Assembly: GCA_044892525.1 (NCBI GenBank)
Contig: CM097888.1
Coordinates: 91,016,001-91,080,000 of the forward strand
Source: Schmidtea polychroa
Taxonomy: Eukaryota
Direction: 5' to 3'
DNA: 64,000 nucleotides
The position numbers and the translations under genes are program-made. How positions within the stretch are numbered: the stretch's first letter is position 1; every line of letters starts with the position of its first letter. Shown piece by piece: positions 1 to 11,817 of this stretch. The notes under the pieces were generated by a model, which did no database searches, was not told the DNA's origin, and saw only the letters and a list, made by a program, of their open reading frames with translations.

Positions 1-433
1 TTAAAATTTTGATGCCATTTGTGACCACTTATATGTGTGAAAGATCTTTCTCGCTATATATTGCCACAAAAACAAAATACAGAAATAAATTAGATGCTGA
101 AAATGAAATGAGGCTACAAATTACAAGAATTGTACCAGATTTCAATGTAATTTGTAGCAAAAAACAGGCTCAACCTAGTCATTGAGTACCATTTAATATC
201 AAATTTCTATTTTTTTTATGTTAAACTTTATATTTTTGCCATTAATTATTTAAATAAAATAATTTTATATTATAAAGTGCATTATTTTTTTATAAATTAC
301 CACATCGACAACCCCAATTGAATACATATATACATGCCCACATATACATGGGGAAATTTTTATTGGAAGGGTTCCGACGACTGCGAAAGTTTTTGGAAGG
401 GTTCCGACGACTGCGAAAGGTTGAAGAGCACTG
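1..433 (+). mobile_element. 3' end of hAT (Buster/Charlie-type) DNA transposon: transposase C-terminus (3-185) plus 3' terminus
   Basis: Frame from nt 3 reads KILMPFVTTYMCERSFSLYIATKTKYRNKLDAENEMRLQITRIVPDFNVICSKKQAQPSH*, the typical Buster/Charlie C-terminal dimerization segment. The element ends in AAAGGTTGAAGAGCACTG (433), a Charlie-like TIR (reverse complement CAGTGCTCTTCAA). Confidence 0.85.
363..419. repeat. Two-copy 30-bp-period subterminal repeat of the hAT element
   Basis: TTGGAAGGGTTCCGACGACTGCGAAAG at 363-389 and 393-419. Confidence 0.9.
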
Positions 434-555
434 GTTTGGTTGATTATTTGTTTAATAATCTAAATGTTTATTTTTTCCCCAATCAAAAATTTGATTCTGA
501 TTTTTATTTAATTAATAATTGTAATACTGAACAAAATGAAAATGACTGAATATTT

Positions 556-3533
556 GTGAGTGATTGTGATAAAAATGATTGTTTTTTAAATATATCTAAT
601 AAAAAATTAAAATTACCGAGAGTTAATGTTATAAAAGAGATATGTGATATAGGATATTGTAATGTAGATGGTAGACCATTTAATAATGTTAAATTAAATA
701 ATGTGACTTTTAATTCATTGTTTGACACAGGAGCGAAAATATCCCAATCGATTGTTGAAAAATTGAATTTAAAATTTTTTAATGAAGGAAATAGAAAGAT
801 ATCATGCGCAAACGGTAGTATGTTAGGGATTTTAGGGAAAGTTTCTCTAAGTTTAGAGTTTAACAATAAAGAAATAACTGGAGACTTTTTCGTTGCTAAG
901 GAAATATACCCAGAAGTAATTGTAGGAATAGATATATTGAATTCTTTAATTATAAGTTAGTTGAATTTTGTAATGAAAATGTCCTCAGTTTGCAAGCAAA
1001 ATTTGGTAATAATTTAAAAGTAAATAATAAAAATAAATTTAAGATGAAATATTGAAAATAGAAAAATGCAATCCGATATATGAAATAGTTGTTGAATTCT
1101 CAGATATTTTTATGTATAATAAATGGGATATAGGCAAAACAGATATTTTAAAGCACAGAATAGAAACTAATTGCAACCCAATACCAATTAAGCCGCGACG
1201 ACAACCAATGCATTATGAGGAAAAACTCGAGGAAAATAAAATTATAGAGAAATGCGAATCACCTTGGAATTCACCAATAGTATGTGTGCCAAAAAACTGA
1301 ACTTCTAAATTCGGATGTGTTTTGATTTTAGGATTTTAAATTCAAATACAGTTAGACCAGCTTTTCCAATTCCCAATGTTGATGAAAAGCTTGATTCTTT
1401 GTATGGGGCCAAATATTTTTCGTCGATCGACTTAGGAAATCCTATTATCAAGTTGAATTGGATGAAAAGAGTAAATTGAAAACAGCATTTTCTACAAGAC
1501 AGTGCCAATTTTGTTTTAATAGGATGCCTTTTGGAATAGCTGCCGCACCATCAACGTTTCAAAAACTTATGACATTAATAATCGGAGATATGATGTGGAA
1601 TGAAGCATTAGTCTATTTAGATGACATATTGATCTTTTCGAAAACTATTGAAGAACAAAAAGAAAGAATAAATAAACTTTTCCTTAGAATTAGGAAATCG
1701 GGACTAAAAATTAACCCTGAGAAATGCAAGTTCTTAGTATCTGAATTAAAGTTTCTTGGACAAATAATTAATGAAAAAGGTATCAAAACAGATAATTCTA
1801 AGATTGAAACAATTAAAAATGTAAAGCAGCCTAATTGTGTGAAACATCTTAGGAGTTTTTTAGGATTGTGTAATTACTAAAGAAAATTTATTCAAAACTA
1901 CTCAAAAATAGCTAGGCCATTTGAATCTTTGATTGGAGGTAAAAACAAAAGTATTATTTGGACATCACAATGTGAAAAAGCTTTTGACGAGTTAAAACAT
2001 AGTTTGATCAGTGCACCATTACTATTCCATCCGGATTTTAATAAAACGTTAATTTTATATACCGATGCTAGTTTTGATTGTATTAGCCCTGTTTTATCGC
2101 AAAGAGATGACAATAATGAAGAAAAGATAATCGCATATGGGTCAAAAAGTATGAATAAACATGAAATTGGGTACTGTATAACAAGGAAGGAATTATTATC
2201 TGTTTTCCATTTTACACAGTATTTTAAACATTATCTGTACGGGAAAAAATTTATTTTAAGAACTGATCATAAGGCCAACGCATTATCACGACTGAATATA
2301 GGAAATTGCACACAATGTCAGATGAATCATATTGATGCTAAAGCAGAAAAAATTAAAACCAAAATTTTAGCAATGTCAATAGAAGATCAAGATTTAAATG
2401 GCAAAATAATTCTGAAGAAATAATGAAAATAAAAGAAAATATTCAGAACGGCAACACTGAAGATTATTATGTGGACAATGGAATTATTATGACTCATAAT
2501 TATAAAATATATATTCCTTCATATATGAAAAACGATTTTATTCTAGAAATCCATAAAGAATTGTGTCATACAGGAATCAACAAAACTACAAATTACATAA
2601 AGAATTATTTCAATTTCCAAGAACTGGATAAAAGTATCAAGAGAATCATCTCAACTTGTGAAATTTGCCAGAAAAGTAAAACATTCACTGGGAAAACAAA
2701 AGAAGTTATTGAAAAATTAATTGCGCATGAACCATTTGAAAAAATATATATTGATTTTTGTAGCTCCTTTAAAATGACACCATCTGGCAAAAGATATGTA
2801 ATGGCTATAATAGATCATCTGAGTAAATATATAGTATTAAAAGCTGTAACACAAGAAGAAAAGACATTAATTGATAATGTTAAAAGTTCGTGGAAATTGA
2901 AGTTTGGACCGCCAAAGAAAATTCATGTTGATAAAGGAAAATGTTTCGAATCCCAAGTCCTTATCATCATCAATCTAATGGACAAATTGAAAGACAATTT
3001 GGAACGCTAAGAGACTGGATTTCATGCTGTCGGGAAGAGAAACAATTTAAGACCTGGGAAGAAGCATTGCCTCATATAGAATTTGCACTGAATTCAACAA
3101 CGCAGTCAAGTATAAAAGTTAATCCTGTTGAAGTAATATATGGAAGGAAAGAGCGTTTTATTAATAGTCCAGAAATTGATGCTAAAGAATCAAAGAAGCA
3201 TGAAATAGCATTGAATATTAAATCATTGAATCGTTGAAATAATAATAATAATGAAAATCGAATGCATAAATCTTTCAGAGTCGGTGAATTGGTACTCGGT
3301 AAGGAAGATATCAGAAACAAGCAAGATAACAGGTATTGCGGACCTTTCGAAATAATAGGAAAATATAATAAAAAAAGTTATTTATTAAGGAATCCTGATA
3401 ATAAATGAATTCCTAGAACTGTGGAATGACTAAAGCCATTTAAAACGAGGGAGGAGTGATGTAATTAAAATTGGATATTATAAGTAGTACCCCAATTTCG
3501 TAAATAAAGTTTTTGGAATTTAACAATTATTCT
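556..3533 (+). mobile_element. Degenerate Ty3/gypsy LTR retrotransposon (pol: protease, RT, RNase H, integrase; start of 3' LTR)
   Basis: Fragmented ORFs contain LFDTGA (protease), RMPFG and YLDD (RT), LYTDAS and RTDHK (RNase H), H-x-H/C-x2-C and IYIDF...GQIER (integrase). Many stops and frameshifts. Purine tract GAGGGAGGAGTGA precedes TGTAATT at 3460, which runs into an N gap. Confidence 0.92.
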
Positions 3534-4236
3534 NNNNNNNNNNNNNNNNNNNNNNNNNNNNNNNNNNNNNNNNNNNNNNNNNNNNNNNNNNNNNNNNNNN
3601 NNNNNNNNNNNNNNNNNNNNNNNNNNNNNNNNNNNNNNNNNNNNNNNNNNNNNNNNNNNNNNNNNNNNNNNNNNNNNNNNNNNNNNNNNNNNNNNNNNNN
3701 NNNNNNNNNNNNNNNNNNNNNNNNNNNNNNNNNNNNNNNNNNNNNNNNNNNNNNNNNNNNNNNNNNNNNNNNNNNNNNNNNNNNNNNNNNNNNNNNNNNN
3801 NNNNNNNNNNNNNNNNNNNNNNNNNNNNNNNNNNNNNNNNNNNNNNNNNNNNNNNNNNNNNNNNNNNNNNNNNNNNNNNNNNNNNNNNNNNNNNNNNNNN
3901 NNNNNNNNNNNNNNNNNNNNNNNNNNNNNNNNNNNNNNNNNNNNNNNNNNNNNNNNNNNNNNNNNNNNNNNNNNNNNNNNNNNNNNNNNNNNNNNNNNNN
4001 NNNNNNNNNNNNNNNNNNNNNNNNNNNNNNNNNNNNNNNNNNNNNNNNNNNNNNNNNNNNNNNNNNNNNNNNNNNNNNNNNNNNNNNNNNNNNNNNNTTC
4101 TGACATAACTTTTAATATATTTCAAATTAAGCTGCTTATCATTGTAAGTAATATAATTTCATTAAATGTTTATGAATTTTTAATCCTACGAAATTCTACC
4201 AAATGTGCAAATCAAAAATAAAAGAGATTCACTTAC

Positions 4237-4672
4237 TATATTGATTTGTCTGAAATGTTCGACTTGTTGAATTTCCCCATCCGAAACCGTTCAATGATAT
4301 CACATTGATTGTGTAATTTGTATAAGGCAAAATCTTTCCATCATTGATTGTGACAGCAAATGATTGATTATTTGAACTAAATGTTGATCCAGTTATTGCA
4401 TAACATTGACCGGTATTATTGGGCCATGTTTGAATTGATATCTATATCAACATGCAAATCATCATTAATAGCAGCATTGGTCAAGCTCACATTATTTACA
4501 CAGCCAGTGCAATTCAATGACATTGTCAATACGCATGCACTATTCGTATTCTGCACCCAGATCAAATATTTCACGATTTCTCCATTCGCAACTTCAGGAG
4601 GTGACCAAGAGATAGAAAGTGGCGATAAAGGAAATGAACTCATTATATTTAAATTTCTCACAGAGCCACTGG
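4237..4672 (-). CDS. FN3 cassette 1 (two exons, 129 aa) of tandem-FN3 surface protein
   Basis: Exons 4672-4491 and 4441-4237, intron 4490-4442 (GTGAG..TAG, 49 nt). Spliced product TSGSVRNLNIMSSFPLSPLSISWSPPEVANGEIVKYLIWVQ...CTGCVNN|ISIQTWPNNTGQCY...LPYTNYTINVISLNGFGWGNSTSRTFQTNQY. Flanked by ttcag acceptor and gtaagt donor, phase 1/1. WSPP..NG.I..Y and LPYTNY.I.V are FN3 motifs. Confidence 0.85.
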
Positions 4673-4823
4673 CTGAATGATGAAAAAAGAAATTAGAAAT
4701 ATTTGAAATAGGAAAGCAGTAAAGAAATACTATCTAAATGAAAAACAACAAATGTCATAATATAAAAATGTTTGAAATAAGATTAAAGTCTCAAAGTTGT
4801 ATTATTTAGTCCATATTTCCTGT

Positions 4824-4963
4824 AAATATTACTAAAGCAAATTATAACATTAATTTGTTTGAGGAGTTTCTAAAAAATAATAATAATTGTATAAGTAAGG
4901 ATTTCAAAATACAATCAAACATGCACAACATCATACCATTATTTTAATACAAATTACAAAACG
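4824..4963 (-). mobile_element. Gypsy LTR relic inside cassette-1 upstream intron
   Basis: Matches the sequence directly following the polypurine tract of the gypsy fragment at 34704-34929. A second copy lies at ~11458-11598. Confidence 0.6.
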
Positions 4964-5012
4964 CTCAACGATGATAATAATAAAATAATGAAAATATATA
5001 ATATTAATACGA

Positions 5013-5013
5013 A

Positions 5014-5069
<56 letters not shown>

Positions 5070-5085
5070 TAATAATAATAATAAA
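5013..5085. repeat. (AAT)n microsatellite between FN3 cassettes
   Basis: Visible AAT run. The same position in most other cassettes is an N run flanked by AAT-rich sequence. Confidence 0.95.
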
Positions 5086-5256
5086 AATAGCTCTAATACA
5101 TTTTCTCAGTAAATCTGTTCTGACATAACTTTTAATATATTTCAAATTAAGCTACTTATCATTGTAAGTAATATAATTTCATTAAATGTTTATGAATTTT
5201 TAATCCTACGAAATTCTACCAAATGTGCAAATCAAAAATGAAAGAAATTCACTTAC

Positions 5257-5692
5257 TATATTGATTTGTCTGAAATGTTTGACTTGTTGAATTTCCCCAT
5301 CCGAAACCGTTCAATGATATCACATTGATTGTGTAATTTGTATATGGTAAAATCTTTGCATCATTGATTGTGACAGCAAATGATTGATTATTTGAACTAA
5401 ATGTTGATCCAGTTATTGCATAACATTGACCAGTATTATTGGGCCATGTTTGAATTGATATCTATATCAACATCCAAATCATCATTAATAGCAGCATTGG
5501 TCAAGCTCACATTATTTACACAGCCAGTGCAATTCAATGACATTGTCAATACGCATTCACTATTCGTATTCTGCACCCAGATCAAATATTTCACGATTTC
5601 TCCATTCGCAACTTCAGGAGGTGACCAAGTGATAGACAGTGGCGATGAAGGAAATGAACTCGTTACTTTTAAATTTCTCACAGAGCCACTGG
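5257..5692 (-). CDS. FN3 cassette 2 (two exons)
   Basis: Exons 5692-5511 and 5461-5257, 49-nt intron, open frame, intact splice sites. Confidence 0.85.
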
Positions 5693-6649
5693 CTGAATGA
5701 GGAAAAAACAATTAAGAAATATTTAACATTGGAAAGCGGTAAAGAAATACTATCTAAATAGGCAAAAAAAGAATTTCAATGAATAAAAATGTTTGTAAAT
5801 ATCATTAAAAAGTCTCAAAGATGAATTATTTGTTAATATTTCCCGTGATAATGAATTCTGCTTAACCCAGGAGGTTCTTCCTTATCCATGAGAGGAAATT
5901 TAACGTCATTATAAAATTAATAACTTTGGGAAATCATGCAAATCAATAACAAATTCGACAACTCTTTTTAGAATCTTGAAAGCGACTTTATTTCAAATTA
6001 CTTATCAAAATCTATTTCATAAGCTCAAATTGCTCAATGCATTTGTACTCCTAGGAATCTTATAATTGTATTTTATTTCTCGTTTTATCCTCCATAATGC
6101 AAATCAAATCTGGCGATTCATGGAAAACGTCCCTAACTTTCTCACAACAATTTTGAATATATCAAAAAATTTTACAACCTTAATTTTGAATGTTTTAATT
6201 GTATCTTGAAACTTTCTTTTTGTTACTTGAGGCATTTTGTTACAAAATAGATGTAAATGTAATTATCTCACTCATTCTATTCTGGATATATTATTCATTA
6301 TGAAGATTATTTAACAATTTATGTAAAGAAATTTCTCAACAGTTTACATAGCTTCATCAAAAATTAAATATTATAGTGATAAAATTAAATTATAAAAATA
6401 AATATTATTAACACGAAAAATAATGAATATTAAAAATAAAAATATCAATAAAAAATAAAAATATAATAAAATAAGNNNNNNNNNNNNNNNNNNNNNNNNN
6501 NNNNNNNNNNNNNNNNNNNNNNNNNNNNNNNNNNNNNNNNNNNNNNNNNNNNNNNNNNNNNNNNNNNNNNNNNNNNNNNNNNNNNNNNNNNNNNNNNNNN
6601 NNNNNNNNNNNNNNNNNNNNNNNNNNNNNNNNNNNNNNNNNNNNNTATA

Positions 6650-9545
6650 AAGCTTCTATAATTAGCTTCTAGAAGCCTAATAAAATATTTCAAATTATTT
6701 TAAATAAAGCCTCCAATAACTATTTATATACGCGTTTTAAATATTTCAATAAATGTGTCAATTTTGATTTTTAAATCCTATTTTTTAAAAATATATTTCC
6801 TAAAATTTTCTATATTATTTTAATTATTACTTTTTAATTTATTATATTTTTTATATATTGCCAGTTATTCTCAAGGTCAATGACAACAGATCAAATTCAT
6901 GATTTCATTGATTTCTTCTTTACTTTTATTTTTGGCCGTCGGTTTGTGATGAGATTGCTTCTTTGAATCTGACATTTTTCTTTTGGATGTTTCCATTAGC
7001 TATAATTTCGATTGAAATATTTTTTCTTTCCTCTGTTGGTTGACATTGTTGGAGATGTCTGTTTATCGAGGATGTTCCATCAGGATCTAGATGTTCTTTA
7101 ACTATTTGGTCCTGAGTGTATTTCCAATGTAGATTTCATTGCATGCATCGCACGTGATGCAATAGACGATGTTTTTTCTAAAGCACATATATTTCGGCGT
7201 CTGGCAGTTTTTCATTGTGCAATTGTTTTCTCTATTTGTGTTGTTTGCCAGAGCTTTTCTCAATGTCCAAGATTTATGTGCTATCCGAATTGGAAGACCG
7301 GTACGTTTAAGTTCTTTCAGGATCTTGAAGTCGAGTTTGTCACTGATGAATGGGATATTAGGATAGAAATATTTCTGATTCTTTTGTGTTAATTCCCTAG
7401 ATCTTTTTGTCTATACGAAGGTGAAAAAGGATTACTCTCACTAGGACCAAAGTTCAGTATAAACAAAGAAATAGAGGAAACAGAATTCCTCAATTTCAAA
7501 ACAGCTCTTTTCCGCATTGCGTACCAGATCAAATAGAACAATACAATACCTCATGAAAATGAGAATAGTATACATAAACACAGATAAACTCTTTCAACCA
7601 AATCCTGATACAGAATTAGATTCAACACTTTCAAAGGTCTGCCACAAAATCATGGAGATAGTGGAGAAGGAAAAAAGAAAACCATATTTCTGAAACCTAA
7701 CGAAAGATGAACAAGCATTATTAAAATCCCTTAAAAAGAAACCATACGTTTACTTAACAAGTGACAAGGGGGAGAATTTGCAATATAGAGAAAAATCGTT
7801 ATTGTGAAGCTGGTTACGAACACCTCGGTAACATCGAAACATACAAGAAAGTCAGCCGCGTGTCACCAAACACCATCGAAATGAAGATCAACAAAGTTTG
7901 GAAAGCCATAGCTTTGGAAATGAAGCGCCACAAAGAATAACCAACAGCTTCGTCACAAAAAATTCTGATCTTCCCAATTTATACCAACTAATTAAAACCC
8001 ACAAAGAAGGTCCTGCTATCAAAATTAGATCTATAGTGTCCAACACAAATGGACCAACAACTAAAACAAGTTGGCTCCTTGCAAAGATCTTGAAACCTTT
8101 ATTGGACACAATAACACACCATCTTCAAAGCAGCGACTGCCTCATGACAAGATTAAATAATAACATAACTTTTCATAGAGAATTCAAATACCGATTCAGA
8201 GGCTATTCAATGTTTAGAAAATAAATTAAGAGAAAGCAACTTGTTAATAAAGGAAATGAATATCGAGAATATCACCAAACTACTTACTGTTATCCTCGAG
8301 AACACCTATTTTACCTTTGAGCAAAATACCTATAAACAAGTTAAAGTTCTGCCTATGGGTTTAGCATATCAGGATTGCTAGCAATCATCCTATGGATAAC
8401 CTCGAACGACAGACACTGAGGACCATACAACCCGTCGTTTTCTATGCAAGATATGCAGATGATATCTTCATCACGACTAAAAGCAGAAAAGAAGCGAAGG
8501 AAATATTTCATACATTCAATGCGGCTCACCGAGATATTAAGTTCGAAATCGAATATCCGGAAGAAGATGGATCCCTCAATTTATTGGATTTGAGAATTAA
8601 AATAGAAGCAAATACTCCAACATACGGTTCTACAGAAAACCAACTCGCAAAGAAATATTTATGCACCAAATATCAGCTTCCATACTTACAGAAAGTACAT
8701 GTCATAAGAAACGAGAAGCAAAGGATAGCCAATCGATGCACTGAAAAAAACGAAAACTTTAAACAACAATCAAATTTCAATTAAAGCCTACACAGAATTC
8801 TACCCCAAAAAGATAAAGGGAATTAACACAAAAGAAGAAGAAATATTTCTATCTAAATCAGTGACATACTCGACTTCAAGATCCTGAAAGAACTTAAACG
8901 CACCGGTCTTCCAATTCGGATAGCACATAAATCTTGGACATTGAGAAAAGCTCTGGCAAACAACACAAATAGAGAAAACAATTGCACAATGAAAAACTGC
9001 CAGACACCGAAAGATATGTGCTTTAGAAAAAACATCGTCTTTTGCATCACGTGCAATGTATGCAATGAAATCTACATTGGAAATACACTCAGAACCAAAG
9101 AGTTAAAGAACATCTAGATCCTGATGGAACATCCTCGATAAACAGACATCTCCAACAATGTCAACCAACAGGGGAAAGAAAAAATATTTCAATAGAAATC
9201 ATAGCTAATGGAAACATCCAAAAGAAAAATGTCAGATTCAAAGAAGCAATTCTCATCATAAACAGACAGCCAAAAATCAACACTAAAGAAGAAATCAATG
9301 AAATCATGAATTTGATCTGTTGTCATTGACCTTGAGAATAACTGGCAATATATAAAAAATATAATAAATTAAAAAGTAGTAATTAAAATAATATAGAAAA
9401 TTTTAGGAAATATACTTTCAAAAGATAGGATTTAACAATCAAAATTGACACATTTATTGAAATATTTAAAATGCGTATGTAAGTGGTTATTAAAGGCTTT
9501 ATTTAAAATATTTTGAAATATTTTATTAGGCTTCCAGAAAAAAGC
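6650..9545 (+). mobile_element. Penelope-like retroelement (degenerate RT + GIY-YIG) with an inverted copy of its 3' end at the 5' side
   Basis: Plus strand: LGPKFS, KTSWLLAKILKPLL, YKQVKVLPMG, YARYADDIF, LNLLDLRI, then IVFCITCNVCNEIYIG. Segment 6650-7404 is the reverse complement of ~8815-9545. Confidence 0.88.
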
Positions 9546-10079
9546 TTTAAAAAATTTAAAAAAAAATTAGTTTGTGTCATTTTGAATTTTAAATGGTATT
9601 TATTTTATTTTATTTTTAATTTGAATTTTCAATAAAATTTTAAAAATTTTTAATAAAATAAAATCCATAAAGGAAGTATCTATTATATTGATAACCAATG
9701 AGAATTAAGAGAAAGGAAATAAAAGAAAGATAGAAATTTATTTTCAGGAGGGAGATTGCTAAATTCCAGGAGATTGACATGGAATATCTTATAGTCGAAA
9801 ATATTTTCATTAAATACATTATTTGCAGCAAAAGGCTTAAATTATCACTTTATTGTTTTATATAATAAATGCTGCTACCAAGNNNNNNNNNNNNNNNNNN
9901 NNNNNNNNNNNNNNNNNNNNNNNNNNNNNNNNNNNNNNNNNNNNNNNNNNNNNNNNNNNNNNNNNNNNNNNNNNNNNNNNNNNNNNNNNNNNNNNNNNNN
10001 NNNNNNNNNNNNNNNNNNNNNNNNNNNNNNNNNNNNNNNNNNNNNNNNNNNNNNNNCGTACGTTGGATGTTAATATTGG

Positions 10080-10703
10080 GTGTGCTTAAAAAAACATAAA
10101 TTTTTTCATTTTTATTTAGGTAAAATAAACATCAAATAAACATCAAATAAACCTATCTTCAACAGTATTCTTCATCATTATTGGGGTAAATAAAAAATAG
10201 AAGCTAGAATAAAACATAAATATGTATTGATAATATGTAAATAAGATAATAAACTATTTTACGCCAAAATATAAAAAATGAGTTACCTGTTATTGTGAAA
10301 TAATGTAATAAAAAAGCAGCGACGCAAGAGTTTTTGAAGTACGCACACCAAATTCAAGAGCAATTTTTCTACTGAGCGCTGCCAGCGGACAGATCGACTT
10401 GAGCAGTTAAATCTCGGAACAATTTACATGAGTCACCGTCCGCGCGAACAGTTGAAGAGCCACAAGCGTTGTTATATAGCCGTTGCTCGCGCGCAAACGT
10501 TCCGAGCGACTGACAAATATCAATGCACACTATTCACGCGCTCACAAATACAAGCGCTTACAAATACTACTGTATGGCATATAGTGTATGCAAAACAATA
10601 TGGTCGCTTTATGCCCTAAATTTTCTAAATTTCTAAATTTATATTTTAGATGGTTTTGCGGGTGTGCGCCGCACACCTAGCACACCCTGAATATACGCCC
10701 CTG
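10080..10703. mobile_element. Terminal region of a hAT-like DNA transposon
   Basis: Ends in CACACCCTGAATATACGCCCCTG (reverse complement CAGGGGCGTATATTCAGGGTGTGC), a hAT-style terminus, abutting the conserved cassette flank TCTAATACATTTTCTC. The other end was not seen (N gap). Confidence 0.55.
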
Positions 10704-10868
10704 TCTAATACATTTTCTCAGTAAATCTGTTCTGACATAACTTTTAATATATTTCAAATTAAGCTACTTATCATTGTAAGTAATATAATTTCATTAAATG
10801 TTTATGAATTTTTAATCCTACGAAATTCTACCAAATGTGCAAATCAAAAATGAAAGAAATTCACTTAC

Positions 10869-11307
10869 TATATTGATTTGTCTGAAATGTTTGACTTGTT
10901 GAATTTCCCCATCCGAAACCGTTCAATGATATCACATTGATTGTGTAATTTGTATAAGGCAAAATCTTTCCATCATTGATTGTGACAGCAAATGATTGAT
11001 TATTTGAACTAAATGTTGATCCAGTTATTGCATAACATTGACCAGTGTTATTATTGGGCCATGTTTGAATTGATATCTATATCAACATGCAAATCATCAT
11101 TAATAGCAGCATTGGTCAAGCTCACATTATTTACACAGCCAGTGCAATTCAATGACATTGTCAATACGCATTCACTATTCGTATTCTGCACCCAGATCAA
11201 ATATTTCACGATTTCTCCATTCGCAACTTCAGGAGGTGACCAAGTGATAAACAGTGGCGATGAAGGAAATGAACTCGTTATATTTAAATTTCTCACAGAG
11301 CCACTGG
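10869..11307 (-). CDS. FN3 cassette 3 (two exons, 130 aa)
   Basis: Exons 11307-11126 and 11076-10869. In-frame 3-nt insertion (WPNNNT), 49-nt intron, open frame. Confidence 0.85.
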
Positions 11308-11817
11308 CTGAATGATGAAAAAAGAAATTAGAAATATTTGAAATAGGAAAGCGGTAAAGAAATACTATCTAAATGAAAAACAACAAATGTCATAATATAA
11401 AAATGTTTGAAATAAGATTAAAGTCTCAAAGTTGTATTATTTAGTCCATATTTCCTGTAAATATTACTAAAGCAAATTATAACAATAATTTGTTTGAGGA
11501 GTTCCTAAAAAATAATAATAATTGTATAAGTAAGGATTTCAAAATACAATCAAACATGCACAACATCATACCATTATTTTAAAACAAATTACAAAACGCT
11601 CAACGATGATAATAATAAAATAATGAAANNNNNNNNNNNNNNNNNNNNNNNNNNNNNNNNNNNNNNNNNNNNNNNNNNNNNNNNNNNNNNNNNNNNNNNN
11701 NNNNNNNNNNNNNNNNNNNNNNNNNNNNNNNNNNNNNNNNNNNNNNNNNNNNNNNNNNNNNNNNNNNNNNNNNNNNNNNNNNNNNNNNNNNNNNNNNNNN
11801 NNNNNNNNNNNNNNNNN

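Noticed and set aside
334-549. 71-aa ORF with internal repeat FWKGSDDCE
   Set aside because: It is a translation of the hAT subterminal tandem repeat.
4954-5145. ORF MKYIKSYVRTDLLRKCIRAIFIIIII... as a transmembrane exon
   Set aside because: The hydrophobicity comes from the (ATT)n microsatellite, and the nearest acceptor is phase 0 while cassettes end in phase 1.
5900-6160. Possible TAA/TAG-to-Gln genetic code suggested by protein-like frames with many stops (EKVRDVFHESPDL...CRICY)
   Set aside because: RPS26 and the intact gag and pol end at TAA, and the intact exons contain no internal TAA/TAG. Standard code applies, so this is decayed or non-coding DNA.
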